From the NCBI RefSeq assembly GCF_009914755.1, contig NC_060930.1: a stretch of DNA of 64,000 nt. The stretch is one strand, 5' to 3'. Each line of letters begins with the position of its first letter. The stretch's first letter is position 1. Both the position numbers and the translations under genes were made by a program. Below are positions 1 to 14,706 of this stretch, piece by piece. Below the pieces are notes generated by a model. That model saw nothing but the letters and a program-made list of their open reading frames with translations, did no database searches and had not been told where the DNA came from. The DNA comes from the human T2T-CHM13v2.0 reference genome, Homo sapiens.

Positions 1-2
1 GA

Positions 3-3000
3 AGGACAGCCAATGAGAACAACACACCATCCCCAGCAGAGCCTACAGAAAATAGAGAAAGGACAGCCAATGAGAACACCACACTATCCCCAGCAGAGCC
101 TACAGAAAATAGAGAAAGGACAGCCAATGAGAACACCGCACCATTCCCAGCAGGGCCTACAGAAAATAGAGAAATGACAGCCAATGAGAATACCACACTA
201 TTCCCAGCAGAGCCTACAGAACATGGAGAAAGGACAGCCAATGAGAACACCACACCATCCCCAGCAGAGCCTACAGAACATGGAGAAAGGACAGCCAATG
301 AGAACACTACACCATCCCCAGCAGAGCCTACAGAACATGGAGAAAGGACCCCATTTGCCAATGACAAAACCACATCATCCTCAGCAGAGTCTACAGAACA
401 TGGAGAAAGGACCCCACTGGCCAACGAGAACACCACACCATCCCCAGCAGAGCCTACAGAAAATAGAGAAAGGACAGCCAATGAGAACACCACACCATCC
501 CCAGCAGGGCCTACAGAAAACAGAGAAACGACAGCCAACGAGAAGACCACACTATCCCCAGTAGAGCCTACAGAAAATAGAGAAACAACAGCCAATGAGA
601 AGACCACACCATCCCCAGCAGAGCCTACAGAAAATGGACAAAGGACCCCATTTGCCAATGAGAAAACCACATCATCCTCAGCAGAGCCTACAGAACACGG
701 AGAAAGGACCCCACTGGCCAATGAGAACACCACACCATCCCCAGCAGAGCCTACAGAAAATAGAGAAAGGACAGCCAATGAGAAGACCACACCATCCCCA
801 GCAGAGCCTACAGAAAATGGAGACAGGACTCCTTTGGCCAATGAGAAGACCACGCCATCTCTAGCAGAGCCTACAGAAAATGGACAAAGGACCCCATTTG
901 CCAATGAGAAGACCACATCATCCTCAGCAGAGCCTACAGAACACGAAGAAAGGACTCCACTGGCCAATGAGAACACCACACCATCCCCGGCAGAGCCTAC
1001 AGAAAATAGAGAAAGGACAGCCAATGAGAACACCACACCATCCCCAGCAGGGCCTACAGAAAATAGAGAAATGACAGCCAACGAGAAGACCACACTATTC
1101 CCAGCAGAGCCTACAGAAAATAGAGAAAGGACAGCCAATGAGAAGACCACATCATCCCCAGCAGAGCCTACAGAAAATGGACAAAGGACCCCATTTGCCA
1201 ATGAGAAAACCACATCATCCTCAGCAGAGCCTACAGAACACGGAGAAAGGACCCCACTGGCCAATGAGAACACCACACTATCCCCAGCAGAGCCTACAGA
1301 AAATAGAGAAAGGACAGCCAATGAGAAGACCACACCATTCCCAGCAGAGCCTACAGAAAATAGAGAAAGGACAGCCAATGAGAACACCACACCATCCCCA
1401 GCACAGCCTACAGAAAATGGAGACAGGACTCCATTGGCCAATGAGAAGACCACACCATCTCTAGCAGAGCCTACAGAAAATGGAAAAAGGACCCCATTTG
1501 CCAATGAGAAGACCACATCATCCTCAGCAGAGCCTACAGAACACGCAGAAAGGACTCCACTGGCCAATGAGAACACCACATCATCCCCAGCAGAGCCTAC
1601 AGAAAATAGAGAAAGGACAGCCAATGAGAAGACCACACAATTCCCAGCAGAGCCTACAGAAAATAGAGAAAGCACAGCCAATGAGAAGACCACACCATTC
1701 CCAGCAGAGCCTACAGAAAATAGAGAATGGACAGCCAATGAGAACACCACACTATCCCCAGCAGAGCCTACAGAACATGAAGAAATGACCCCATTGGCCA
1801 ATGAGAAGACCACACTATCCCCAGCAGAGCCTACAGAAAATGGAGAAAGGACCCCATTTACCAATGAGAAGACCACACCATCCTCAGCAGAGCCTACAGA
1901 ACATGGAGAAAGGACCCCACTGGCCAATGAGATCACCACACCATCCCGAGCAGAGCCTACAGAACATGGAGAAAGGATAGCCAATGAGAAGGCCACACCA
2001 TCCCCAGCAAAGCCTACAGAACATGGAGAAACGACAGTCAATGAGGACACCACACCATCCTCAGCAGAGCCTACAGAAAATGGAGAAAGGACCCCACTGG
2101 CCAATGAGAACACCACAACATCCCCAACAGAGTCTACAGAACATGGAGAAAGGACAGCCAATGAGAAGACCACACCATCCCCAGCAGAGCCTACAGAACA
2201 TGGAGAAAGGACACCATCAGCCAATGAGAAGACCATACCATCTCCAGCAAAGCCTACAGAACACGAAGAAATGACCCCATCGGCCAATGAGAACACCACA
2301 CCATCCCCAGTAAAGCCTACAGAACATGGAGAAAAGACTACATTGGCCAATGAGAAGATCACACTATCCCCAGAAGGGCCTACAGAACATGGAGCAAAAA
2401 CTACGTCGGCCAATGAGAAGATCACACCATCCCTAGCAAAGCCTACAGAACATGGAGAAAGGACCACATCACCCAATGACAAGATCACCTCATCTGCAGC
2501 AGAGTCTACAGAACATAGAGATAGGGCTACATCAGCCAATGTGATCACACCAGCCCCAGCAGAGCCTATAAAACATGCAAAAAGGACCACATTGGCCCAT
2601 GAGAAGATGACACAAGTCACAGAAAAGTCCACAGAACACCCAGAAAAGACCACGTCAACCACAGAGAAAACCACAAGAACCCCAGAAAAGCCTACGCTAT
2701 ACTCAGAGAAGACCATATGCACCAAAGGGAAAAACACACCAGTCCCAGAAAAGCCTACAGAAAACCTGGGGAACACCACACTGACCACTGAGACCATAAA
2801 AGCCCCAGTAAAGTCCACAGAAAACCCAGAAAAAACAGCAGCAGTCACAAAGACTATAAAACCTTCAGTCAAGGTCACAGGAGACAAATCTCTCACTACT
2901 ACCTCTTCTCATCTAAATAAAACTGAAGTTACTCATCAGGTGCCCACTGGTTCTTTCACCCTCATTACATCTAGAACGAAGCTGAGTTCTATCACATCAG

Positions 3001-3167
3001 AAGCCACAGGAAACGAGAGCCATCCATACCTCAATAAAGATGGCTCACAGAAAGGTATCCACGCTGGACAGATGGGAGAGAATGATTCATTCCCTGCATG
3101 GGCCATAGTTATTGTGGTCCTGGTGGCTGTGATTCTCCTCCTGGTGTTCCTTGGCCTGATCTTCTTG
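3..3167 (+). CDS. MUCL3: MUCL3/DPCR1 large exon (5'-partial): tandem-repeat ectodomain plus transmembrane helix
   Basis: Frame open from position 3; ANE(N/K)TTPSPAEPTE(N/H)xERT repeats, T/E/K/P stalk, TM WAIVIVVLVAVILLLVFLGLIFL; phase-0 donor TTG|GTAAGG at 3167/3168. Confidence 0.95.
9..2600 (+). repeat. MUCL3 coding VNTR of mixed 57-nt and 63-nt units (19/21 aa)
   Basis: GCCAATGAG-like anchors at 9, 66, 123, 180, 237, 294, 357, 420...; units degenerate after ~2200. Confidence 0.95.
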
Positions 3168-3638
3168 GTAAGGGACAGATGTGCCCCACAGAAATCAACC
3201 TATGGGATAGGGAATTGAGGATACATTAGGGGTCAGAGTTACAGGGAATAATGAGTCTAGGAAAAGAGACATGGCAGAAGTGGGAGGAACAGTAATAGAG
3301 GGAGAGTTTTGGTGAAAACTAAGGAGAAAGACAATAAATACACAGGAGGTAAAAAGCTGGAATTGGGGACAAGGCTGTGGCTGAGAATGAAAGGGTGTGA
3401 AAGAGAAAGTGTGGGGGGTGGAGAGTCTGGGGTATGAGAATAGGAGGTGTAAAGACAAGGAGAATATGGTAGAGTGGGGAACTGGAGATGGAGCTGGGAC
3501 TCATTGTATTGGACCTGGAGCTGGAATAAACATCAAGGTTTGGATGGAATCTTGAGAATAGAATCAAGACCTGAGGTGAGTGTTGTGGAAAACAAATCGC
3601 AGATGGTTCTCATTCCTCCTTTCTCATCCCAATCACAG

Positions 3639-3785
3639 GTCTCCTATATGATGCGGACACGCCGCACACTAACCCAGAACACCCAGTACAATGATGCAGA
3701 GGATGAGGGTGGCCCCAATTCCTACCCGGTCTACCTGATGGAGCAGCAGAATCTTGGCATGGGCCAGATCCCTTCCCCACGGTGA
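3639..3785 (+). CDS. MUCL3: MUCL3 last coding exon, cytoplasmic tail VSYMMRTRR...GQIPSPR*
   Basis: Pyrimidine tract and cacAG acceptor 3637-3638, in frame with the donor at 3167; TGA 3783-3785. Confidence 0.92.
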   Translation, partial: VSYMMRTRRTLTQNTQYNDAEDEGGPNSYPVYLMEQQNLGMGQIPSPR

Positions 3786-4861
3786 TCTTGGAGTAGGCGC
3801 CCAGCCCTGGCTCTTCCATGCTCTGCCCCTTTCCTGGATGAGGAACCAGACTCACAATTTCTATTTCCGGGACTACAGGAAGGGCAGAGAATACTGACGG
3901 TTACCAGTATTAACCCTTCATCTGTTCTTGAAACTGGTTGGGGAATGAGGTGATAAGCAAGGAGGGTGTAAGTTTAGGGGACAAAGAAGAAAGAATGAAT
4001 AATACGAGCAGACATTCTCTGTAGAAGGTAATGGTCTGAGAATGAAAAGGTGTTTGATGGACATGTTGTGGGGGCACCAATGCAGAACACTGCACTGAGT
4101 CCTAAAGGAAGGACAGGAGCCTTATAGGCAATGCCCCAGACTGACTTGTGAGTGGGGTTTATGGGGAAAGGGAGGGACTGAGGGCAGAGTCTCTGGGTTT
4201 CAGGACAGCATTATGTTATTTCCATTCACTATTACTTAAGAGTTTGTGTGTAAATAGGCTCATCTCTGAGTTCTCAGGACCCTTGCCCCCACCCCCATTT
4301 TTTTAATGAAAAAAAAAACAAAAAAAACGGATCCAAGAAGAAAAGAGAATTTATTTCCTTCTCCACTCTCTCCATGCCCTGGAGAAAAAAAAGTCCAGAA
4401 GAAATCATAAATATCTCTCATCTACATGGTTGCTTCCTCTTCCTCCCAAATCCCTTAGTTTTCCTAAATGTCTACAGTGGACGCCCTGTTGGTTTGGCTT
4501 GCTGGGTTGTGGGTGGACACGCAAGGAGGGGATTTTTATTTGGCCAGCAGTCTCACCCACTGATCTCCACCCCAGACCTTCCCTGATTGGTGTCTCAGCA
4601 TTTATTTTCCTGTCTCTTCCACCAAAAGCCAGCTGTAGCTTTATCTCGTAAAAGTTACCCATCTTCTCTACTGTCCCCATTCTCTCTCCTCCCACCTTCA
4701 CCCCAGATTCAAGTTTTCCTCCTTGTAGGCATTTCATCTGTGTGTGTTTTCTGGATTTTCTCTCTCTCTTCCTATGGCCATTTCACCTTATTACTGATTG
4801 GGTAGAGGGGGAAAAGGAGAATGATGATGATAGTTTCCTTCTGTCTATTGACCTTTTTTAT

Positions 4862-4867
4862 AATAAA
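4862..4867 (+). terminator. Polyadenylation signal of MUCL3
   Basis: AATAAA ~1.08 kb after the stop codon. Confidence 0.7.
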
Positions 4868-6084
4868 GTATAACATGTTTATAAAGGGCATCATAGTTAT
4901 TAGACTATCCATTGGGAGAAAGTTCTGACTGGCGTTCCTGGCTCTGGCTGAGACCTTACAGAAGTGGAGGAGACAGAGGAGCTGGAGGGCAGGACTGGCA
5001 ATCTATGGAGGGTCAAGAAAGGGGAGGCTGAATTTCTATTGCTCCAAAAATGGCTCCTTTCTGGGTTTAGGTAAGAGCCAGCCTCAGTCCAGGCTGGGTT
5101 TATTTGCATGGTGACAAAATGAGTAGAAAAACCTGTCAATTAATAAGCAAGTATTTTAAAGCAACTATTATATACTCTGTTGAGGATATAAAGAAGTATA
5201 AGACATAGTTCTCACCTGAGACACAAAGACAGGAAAATTAAAATTAAATAATTCAACAAGAGTTGTCACAAGTTAGGTGCTATATAGAATAAAACAACAC
5301 CCTAATTCATTAAGCCCAACTCCGTGAGCATCTACTATGCCCCCTATTTATGTTAGGACACCAGCCCTGCTCCAAAACCGTTGTGTGCCCATGTCAGTCC
5401 CAACAGAAACCTCCCATCACCCATGCAGCCTTGGCTCTCTTACCAGAGTATGGCATCATCACTAATTGAACAGGTGCCCCAGTTTGCTGCCAGGCTCCTA
5501 AACGTAACTCCATCCAGAATCAAACAGCAGGGCCACAGGTCACTCGCTATCTGCTCCTTTGGGCATCCCCATTTGCTGAAAGCTGGAAACCTATCATGGT
5601 CAGTAATCCCAACCCTGACACTGATGTCACTGAACTATCTGGCCCTGGCTGGGCTGGGAAGGCCCTTATTACTGAATCTCCCACCAGAGACCCGCTCTGC
5701 TAAAGGCAAGATTGAAGCTTGACTCTCAGAAAGCAGACATGCCAGATGCCAGAGGGACCCAGACTTAGGCCCCTGGAGAAAGGAGGCAGAGGGACACCTG
5801 GGTTCTGGAAGGGGCTGGAGAGCCCTCGAGAAAAGGAGGAAGATGCCTGGATTTTAGTTGTCTGGGTAGACGGTGACTCAGCCTGTGGCATCTGCCAGGA
5901 CAGGAGTGTCTCTCTGCCCTGGGAGGGATGCAGAAACCCCTAAACTCAGCCTGGACCCCAATTCAAAAACAAAACGAAATAAAAACATCTCTGCCTCTAG
6001 AGTCCTAAACATCCAACCGGACAGACCCCTCCCCTATCAAGACACCAAAATGCAGCACTGGAGGTCAAAGGGTGTATAAGGGGG

Positions 6085-6680
6085 ATGGGGAGGTTCTTCG
6101 CCCGGCAAAGGCGGACTGTGGGCCCTGGGGCGCGGCGGGTGTCTCCCTCCCACTTTCCTCTCTATTCCCCGCTAATTATCACTTTGAAATCTAGGCGGAA
6201 ATCCTTTAACAAGCTCCGGGGCTGGGCCCTCATTAGGGATAATTACTTAATCAGTAGGACGGGAGGGAATGCGCTCCCCCAGCCCTCGGGGAGTACACCT
6301 CGGGGGGAGCGAGTGCCCCGAGGGCAGGAGGCTGCCGGGGCGCCGGAAGCTGCTGTCCCGGCGGAGTCGCAGCGGGGGCTCCGGTTCCCCGAGACTGCGG
6401 CCCTCCCTCGTTCCTCCAGGTTCCGCTTTGCGGGCGGCTTCTGATCTCTTGCGGACAGCTCAGATTAGTGGCTCGAGGCCGCCGCCCCCGCAGCGCCCCA
6501 GCCCTACTGCGCCGAATCCCCTCCTCCCAGCCCCCAGCCCCCAGGGAGGGGCCTGGACTGACGGGCCTGGGCGTAGCTCCTACCCCCGTGACATTGGCCA
6601 TAAAACTGACACCCGTTTGTGCTGTGCTTTCACGTACATCGCACCTGTGATCCTCCGATCACCCTGCGAGTTACGAGGCC
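6085..6680. promoter_or_regulatory. CpG island
   Basis: GC- and CpG-dense non-repeat stretch in CpG-poor flanks; GC boxes and an ETS-like CCGGAAG. Confidence 0.75.
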
Positions 6681-7257
6681 TGCTTTACAAGCCTTATAAG
6701 AAGTTACAGACCTTATAAGAGTTCTTATAAAGCTTGCTTTACAGATGAGAAAACCGAGGCTCAGAGAAGAGCCCTGTTCAAACCCACACGGCTCCTATGG
6801 AACAGAAGGCTTGCTTTATTTTCTCCAAGCCTCAATTTCACTTTGTTCCTCAGTGGAGCCAGGTTCTCTGACACCAAGGCAGCCCCACCTGGACGGGTGG
6901 GATGTTACAGGGATCACCTAAGGAACAGGGTGTAATTGAGATTTGCACGAGGGTGTCCAGCCCCTTCTTCCAGAGTCCAGGCCTCCCTTTCCAGCTCCTT
7001 GAACGTCCAGAGAGTCTTCTTCTGGCCTCACTGCCAGTATCCCAGGTCAGGGTTTTTTCTGCCAGCCTCTGTCCCCGGAGACACATTAACTGGCCTCATA
7101 GTCACAGGCTCTGCATCCTCCCCTCACAGTGCCCAGCTGTCCCTGGAGAGGTGCTGGCAAAGTAAGAAGATCCAATGATTTGGGACACAGTCACCTTCAT
7201 TTTTCTCCCCTCTGCCTCCTACAAAGGCCTCTGTCCCAGAAATGAGACATCCCAGAG

Positions 7258-7447
7258 AAAACAGGTTTCTGCTGACCTCTGGCTGGGAGGGTGGGTCTCC
7301 TCTCCTCCCACAGATGTGATTCCCTTGTTCTCTCCCGCTCCCTCCTTCTTCCCTCATATTGTCATGGCCTTAAGATACCCCTCCCTGGAGAGGGAGCGTC
7401 CAGAAGTTACGGCCTCCCCTGCCTGGTGGCAACTATAAATGCCACAG
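7258..7447 (+). promoter_or_regulatory. Promoter of the mucin pseudogene (AAAACAGGTTT, GGGTGGG, TATA)
   Basis: TATAAA 7434-7439 within CTATAAATGCCACAG, identical to MUC22 61110-61124; motifs at 7258-7268 and 7289-7295. Confidence 0.75.
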
Positions 7448-7724
7448 CTATGGTCAAGTGAGAAAAGAAATTAAGCCAGACATATTGTGGGAGCAACCCT
7501 CAGAACCCAGGAATCCAGCATTCCCAGTCCCCACTCACCACTGTCTTGGAACCTACCCCAACTGATCTTACTCCTCCCAGAACCCTGCCCCTGGCAAGCT
7601 TTTAATTCTTCCTGCAACTTCATGTCCCATTGAGACACCAGGCATCAAGGCCCCCTCTGGAGCCCATCTGCCCTCTAGAACCCAGGCATTCTAGATAACA
7701 ACTTCCCACATGGATTATTTCAAG

Positions 7725-7793
7725 ATGAGGTGAGGGAAATTACCTCCCACCTCCTGCATCCAGGTGATGCTTCTCTTTGGAATCTTGAGACTG
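7725..7793 (+). pseudogene. Mucin pseudogene exon 1 (signal peptide): MR*GKLPPTSCIQVMLLFGILRL
   Basis: Aligns with MUC22 [23 protein letters not shown]; TGA 7731-7733; donor GTAAGT at 7794; 69 nt versus 70 nt in MUC22. Confidence 0.85.
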
Positions 7794-9311
7794 GTAAGTG
7801 AATTATCCATCAATCGGAGAAGACACTGAGGCCACAAAAAGTCTGAAGGAGACAAGGGTTCCTGTCCCAGGCATTCTGTTTGCTTTTCTTATTCTCATTC
7901 TTTTGCAAAAGCAAAAAGCAAGCAAAGATGATGAACTTCTTTTTTGCCCCTTTCTGCAAAAGCCAGTACTAACCTTAACCCCCACTAACCACGATTTTGA
8001 CCCCCAACTTCACCTTGCAGCAAACCCACCTTCATCTTCCCCTTCCAATGCTCCGCTGTAAGCATGAACACAAATAATAGCTGTGTTGTATTTCCTTAGA
8101 ATCCCGGGTTTAACGGCTGCTCAACAAATGCTTTGTATCTAACTTGAAAATTCTAGTTTCAATATCATCTTTAAATATTTATTAGAGCTAGGCTCCAAGT
8201 CTAAAGCCAAGTGAAATGAAAATATCACTTCCAGAAATACTGCCTAAATTAAAATCCTCAGTAGGGCTTTCATAATCCCCGGATAGAGACAGGGAGGGAT
8301 CCTTCGGATCCCAGGGATACGGGAACTGTGGGTGATATTAGCCTGAAGAGAAGTACAATCCAAATTCCTGTCTTCCTAGCCATTTCACCTGACTTCTCTC
8401 CACCTGACTTCTCTCCTTGGTCCCTTCAATGTTTCAAGTTTCTCTGCCTAATGACTACAACCCAATGTCAGGCAGATTTATAAAGCCCCTTCGCTTCCAC
8501 TGTAGGATGGAATGCCATAAAAAGGGAGCAAGGAGACAGTTGTGGAATTGGAATAAACAGAAACAGCCCTAGGCTGAATGAACAGGAGGCTGCTTTGTGG
8601 TGGCTTCTTTGATGTCTGTTTCCTGCATCCTCTCTCTGCTCTCTTATCCCAGGCACTCTCCTGGAGACCCTGCCTTGCACATCCTGTTCTTTTCCTCCTC
8701 CCTGCGTCTCTGTGAGCTTGTTCATTTTAAGAGGCCCAAATTATTACTGCAACAGGCAACTTCCAAACTCATATTAAGTCTACCTTGGCTCTGAAATCCA
8801 GTCCTTTATTTTCAATTTTTTTTCAATAATATCTTCACTTGGATGTCACATCATATCAAACGTGACATTCACGTGTTCATCTGGCAAACATTTTTTGAGC
8901 ATCTACTCTGTGCTAGTTCTGAAGATAAATCAGTGAACAAAACAGCAACAGGCCCTGCCTTCAGGGAGCTCACAGTTCACTAGGAAAGGCAGAGATCACA
9001 CAAAGAAGGCATATAATAAAAGAGAGGCACAAGTGTGCAAAATACTGTCAGGACCCACCTCGTCTTCCCACCATCAAGTCTAAAAAGCCGCCTTCATCAG
9101 CATCCATTCTCCCCTGCTAACATTGGAGTGTTCGTGCATCTTGGCTCTGGCTCCCCCATCCCACACCTCCTGCCTTCTTCATGGGCTTCTTCCCCTTCCA
9201 GTTTTTCCTTCTCCTTCTACAGGGTCCTTCCCAACACCAGCCAAATAAGCCCTAAGCAGTGTGCACAGGAAGCACCCAGAGGAGAGTATTTTTAAAAAGT
9301 AGATTTCTAAA

Positions 9312-9762
<451 letters not shown>

Positions 9763-10303
9763 ATTAACAAGTTCCCCAGGCACTCCTGATGTGGTCCAGG
9801 GACACACTTTGGAAAGCTCTGCTCTGCTGGCAGCCATCTTCACAGACCCCCACCCACATCTTCTCAGCCTTGCCCCCATCAGCTCCCCTTCATCACCAAG
9901 CCTCTTGAAACAATCCCCTACAAACACTATCTTCATGTCCTTATCTCCTACTCTCTGTGTGTATGTATTTTCTCTGCAAGTTTTACCAGAGCAATCCATG
10001 TAAATAGTTTAAAGAGTCCAATAGTTCCATAGATTTATTGCAAAAACTAGCACGGATGCACCCTCCCCCTTTTCATGTCCAATTCCTGTTCTCCAGAGGA
10101 GACGACTTTTAACTTTTAGCTTTTTATCCCAGTATTTGCAAGTGCAGATTTAAACATCATGCCCATATTGTATTGCAATTCATAGATTTTTTTTAATGAG
10201 ACCTTAAATTGCGTCTTTTATTGGACTAAAGAATATTGTAAGTCTCAAAATAGCTTCCTGTCCCAATCTCACCTCTGAAAGGACTTACTAATTTAAATAT
10301 ATC

Positions 10304-10979
<676 letters not shown>

Positions 10980-11332
10980 GTATCCAATATCATGGAGGGA
11001 TAAATTTTCTTTTCAAAACAAAACTAAAAATATTTTTTAATTCTAATTTTTAAAAATCAGTAAACTTCATTTTAGCAGTAATCATAAAATAAAATGCAAA
11101 GGAAATTCTCTAAGTTACATGACTCGAGAGAAAATATCCATATCTATTGTTTCTGTTGTTTAAAACATAATTTATCTAGAATTTGGCTCATAAGTTTTAA
11201 AACAAACTGTATGAAAATATGACAGTGCATTTACTGTTAACTCCTGCTTATGTTTTAGAAAGCTCTTATGGAAAGAAAAAAAAAATGCTTTCCAGGTAGC
11301 AGACACAGATAGGTTATTTGGGGAATTGATAA

Positions 11333-11655
<323 letters not shown>

Positions 11656-11865
11656 TAGAGGCTTTATTAGCATTCAAAACCATGGATGCAATGAAGTGTG
11701 GAGTACTCTTAAACAAGCTCCAAGTCCATGAAATGCCGTGTCAGAATTTTTCCTTTCCTTTTTGCATAGCAAAGTACTTGCACAATCCCAAATATTTGTC
11801 TTCCTGAGCAGCAGCTACAAAGATGATGCCACCAGGCTTGGCCAGGGTAGCTGCTGATTTTCCCT

Positions 11866-12068
11866 TCTTCCTCCTCCTCTTCTCCTCCTCCTTTTTCTTC
11901 TAATTCTTCCTCCTCTTCCTCTTCTCTCTCCCTCTCTGCTTTCTCCTCCGCCTTCTTATTTTCTTAACCATGATAAAATATACATAACTTACAATACATC
12001 ATTTTAGCCATTTATAAGAGTAAAGTTTAGTATCATTAAGTACATTCATGTGGTTGTGCAACCATCCC
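11866..12068 (-). mobile_element. Short L1M 3'-end fragment with a CT-rich decayed tail, interrupting the NAPG coding remnant
   Basis: aagtacattcatgtggttgtgcaaccatc L1M 3' motif; NAPG codons resume on both sides. Confidence 0.65.
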
Positions 12069-12648
12069 TGGTAATTTCTTCTTGATTCTCTGTCCCGGAA
12101 CTACTAAACTCAGGCTGGGTTTAGCATAATCGTTGCCTGTGTACTTGAAAAGTGGAGAGTTGCTGACCTCTGATGGGTAGCTTGGTCTTGCTGGGCAAAC
12201 CCTTCTGGAAGCTGTTCTAGCACAGCTCAGCCACCACTTGCACGGACTCCTGCTGTGCTGGAGCTCTCCTGACACAGCTTTCCCAGCTGCACAGTCGTTG
12301 CTATGTAGAGGAACTAATACTTGAGCGACTATTTTCTTATAGTTGGATAACTCTGTTTCCTTATAAATATTTTTCTTTATAAATAGAGAGTGCTGTCCCA
12401 TCAATCCTGCATCCTTATACTAGCAGTCCTGAGGCTTTTCCTAACTGTTCAGCTGCCTGTTGAGGCATTCCACATTTTTAAATGCATTGCTGTTTGTTGG
12501 TATAACCGTACAGCCTTTTCTGGGTCTACATTTTCTCTGAGCTTTCCAGCTTGCTCCAATGCCTCTGAGGTTGCTGTGTCAGTGCTGCTGTTTTTTAGAT
12601 CCATCAAAGGCTGGGATTTCTGCATTTCCTTCAACATTGTGTCAACTA

Positions 12649-13008
<360 letters not shown>

Positions 13009-13444
13009 TCACAGTACGGCTTCCATTTTGAAAAACCAGTCTGCAGGTATTTCTTTGCTTTGGGCCTCTCATTTCTTTTTTGGTCCTGCACATGGTCCTG
13101 CATGGAGGACAGGAGGGACTTTTCCTTTTGGCCCCTGAAAGAGTCCCAGTCAGCTATGCATAGGTTTTTCATTTCGGACATCATCCATTTACTTATTCAT
13201 GGTCTCTCTCCCTTATTTGAATATAAGCTCTGTATCAACTTTTCAATCACTGTATCCCATGCCTGGCACATCATGTGGCCCACAGAAGGTTCTTAAGGAA
13301 TATGTTTGAATAAATGAATGAGAAGGCCTGGATGCAGAGAGTGTATATCAGAGAGAAACCCAGACTAATCCCCCAGATTCTTCTCTAATCCATTCCCAGT
13401 GCTACCACTTAATCTAGTATGTTATACTAGAAGAGTAAATAAAT

Positions 13445-13670
13445 GAAAGTAAGAAAGACAGGAAGGAAGGAGGGAAAGAAGGAAGGAAGGGAGGGAGGGA
13501 GGAAGAAGGAAGGAAGGAAGTAAGGAAGGGAGGAAGGAATTAAAGAAGAAAGGAAGGAAGAGAAAGAAAGAAAAAGAAAGAGAGAGAAAGAAAGAAAGAA
13601 GGAAAGAGAGAGAGAGAGAGAGAGAGGGAGGGGGGAGGGGAGGGGAGGGGAAAGGAGGGGAGGGGAAGAA
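13445..13670 (+). repeat. Polypurine low-complexity tract (GGAA/GAAA/GA/GGGGA)
   Basis: Direct inspection. Confidence 0.9.
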
Positions 13671-13953
13671 ATCTTCCCAAGGACTTTTCCCCCTAGTATC
13701 TCCTTGTGTCTCTTTACAAACTGCCTAACTCATCAACTTTCACCACCTGAAGAGGCTGGAAAAAAGCTGGCCTCCTGTGAATTTTACACCCCGGTGCTCT
13801 CAGATGGTGGATGAGAACCTGCAGGCTCCCTTCAGGCAGGGATCGTGTGCTGAACGTCCCAAAGAGTGATGGGGGACTTGCACCAGAGTGTCTCTGCTCA
13901 AGCTGCCCTCCTATGACCTCCTTGTCACTTCCACCCAGACAAGGGGATTCTGA

Positions 13954-14349
<396 letters not shown>

Positions 14350-14706
14350 TAGTGTTATAACACACACAGAGATAATGTGGAGCCTCCTTAACATAGGTTA
14401 GATTTTATTTCACCTAGGCAAGTACAGTTCCAAAAAACATTATGGCAGAAAGGACAAGGTGCCAAGAAGATCGATCAAATGACTCATGCACTACAGAAGC
14501 ACAGCTGAATCAGCAACCGGGCCCTTAGCTGCGGAGGAAACTGCAAATGCTGAGCCTCTGAAATACATGATTCCAAATAAAAGGTAACGACACCAGCAGT
14601 TCTGCTGATGTAAAGGAAACAAGAAAGACATATGCACGATGCTCCTAATTAAATATCAAAAATGTAAAGTAGGTGTCGTATTTGACTAAAAATTGATATT
14701 TTTCAG

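Noticed and set aside
1-2600. CRISPR-like array or several genes in the alternative frames (PHHPQQSLQ ORFs)
   Set aside because: Contiguous tandem units with no unique spacers in eukaryotic DNA; the alternative ORFs are shadows of the MUCL3 VNTR
3168-3218. C-terminus VRDRCAPQKSTYGIGN of the 1014-aa ORF
   Set aside because: Read-through into the intron; the donor at 3168 joins the real tail at 3639
4900-6085. Antisense lncRNA (HCG21) recalled near the MUCL3 3' end
   Set aside because: Exons cannot be defined from sequence alone
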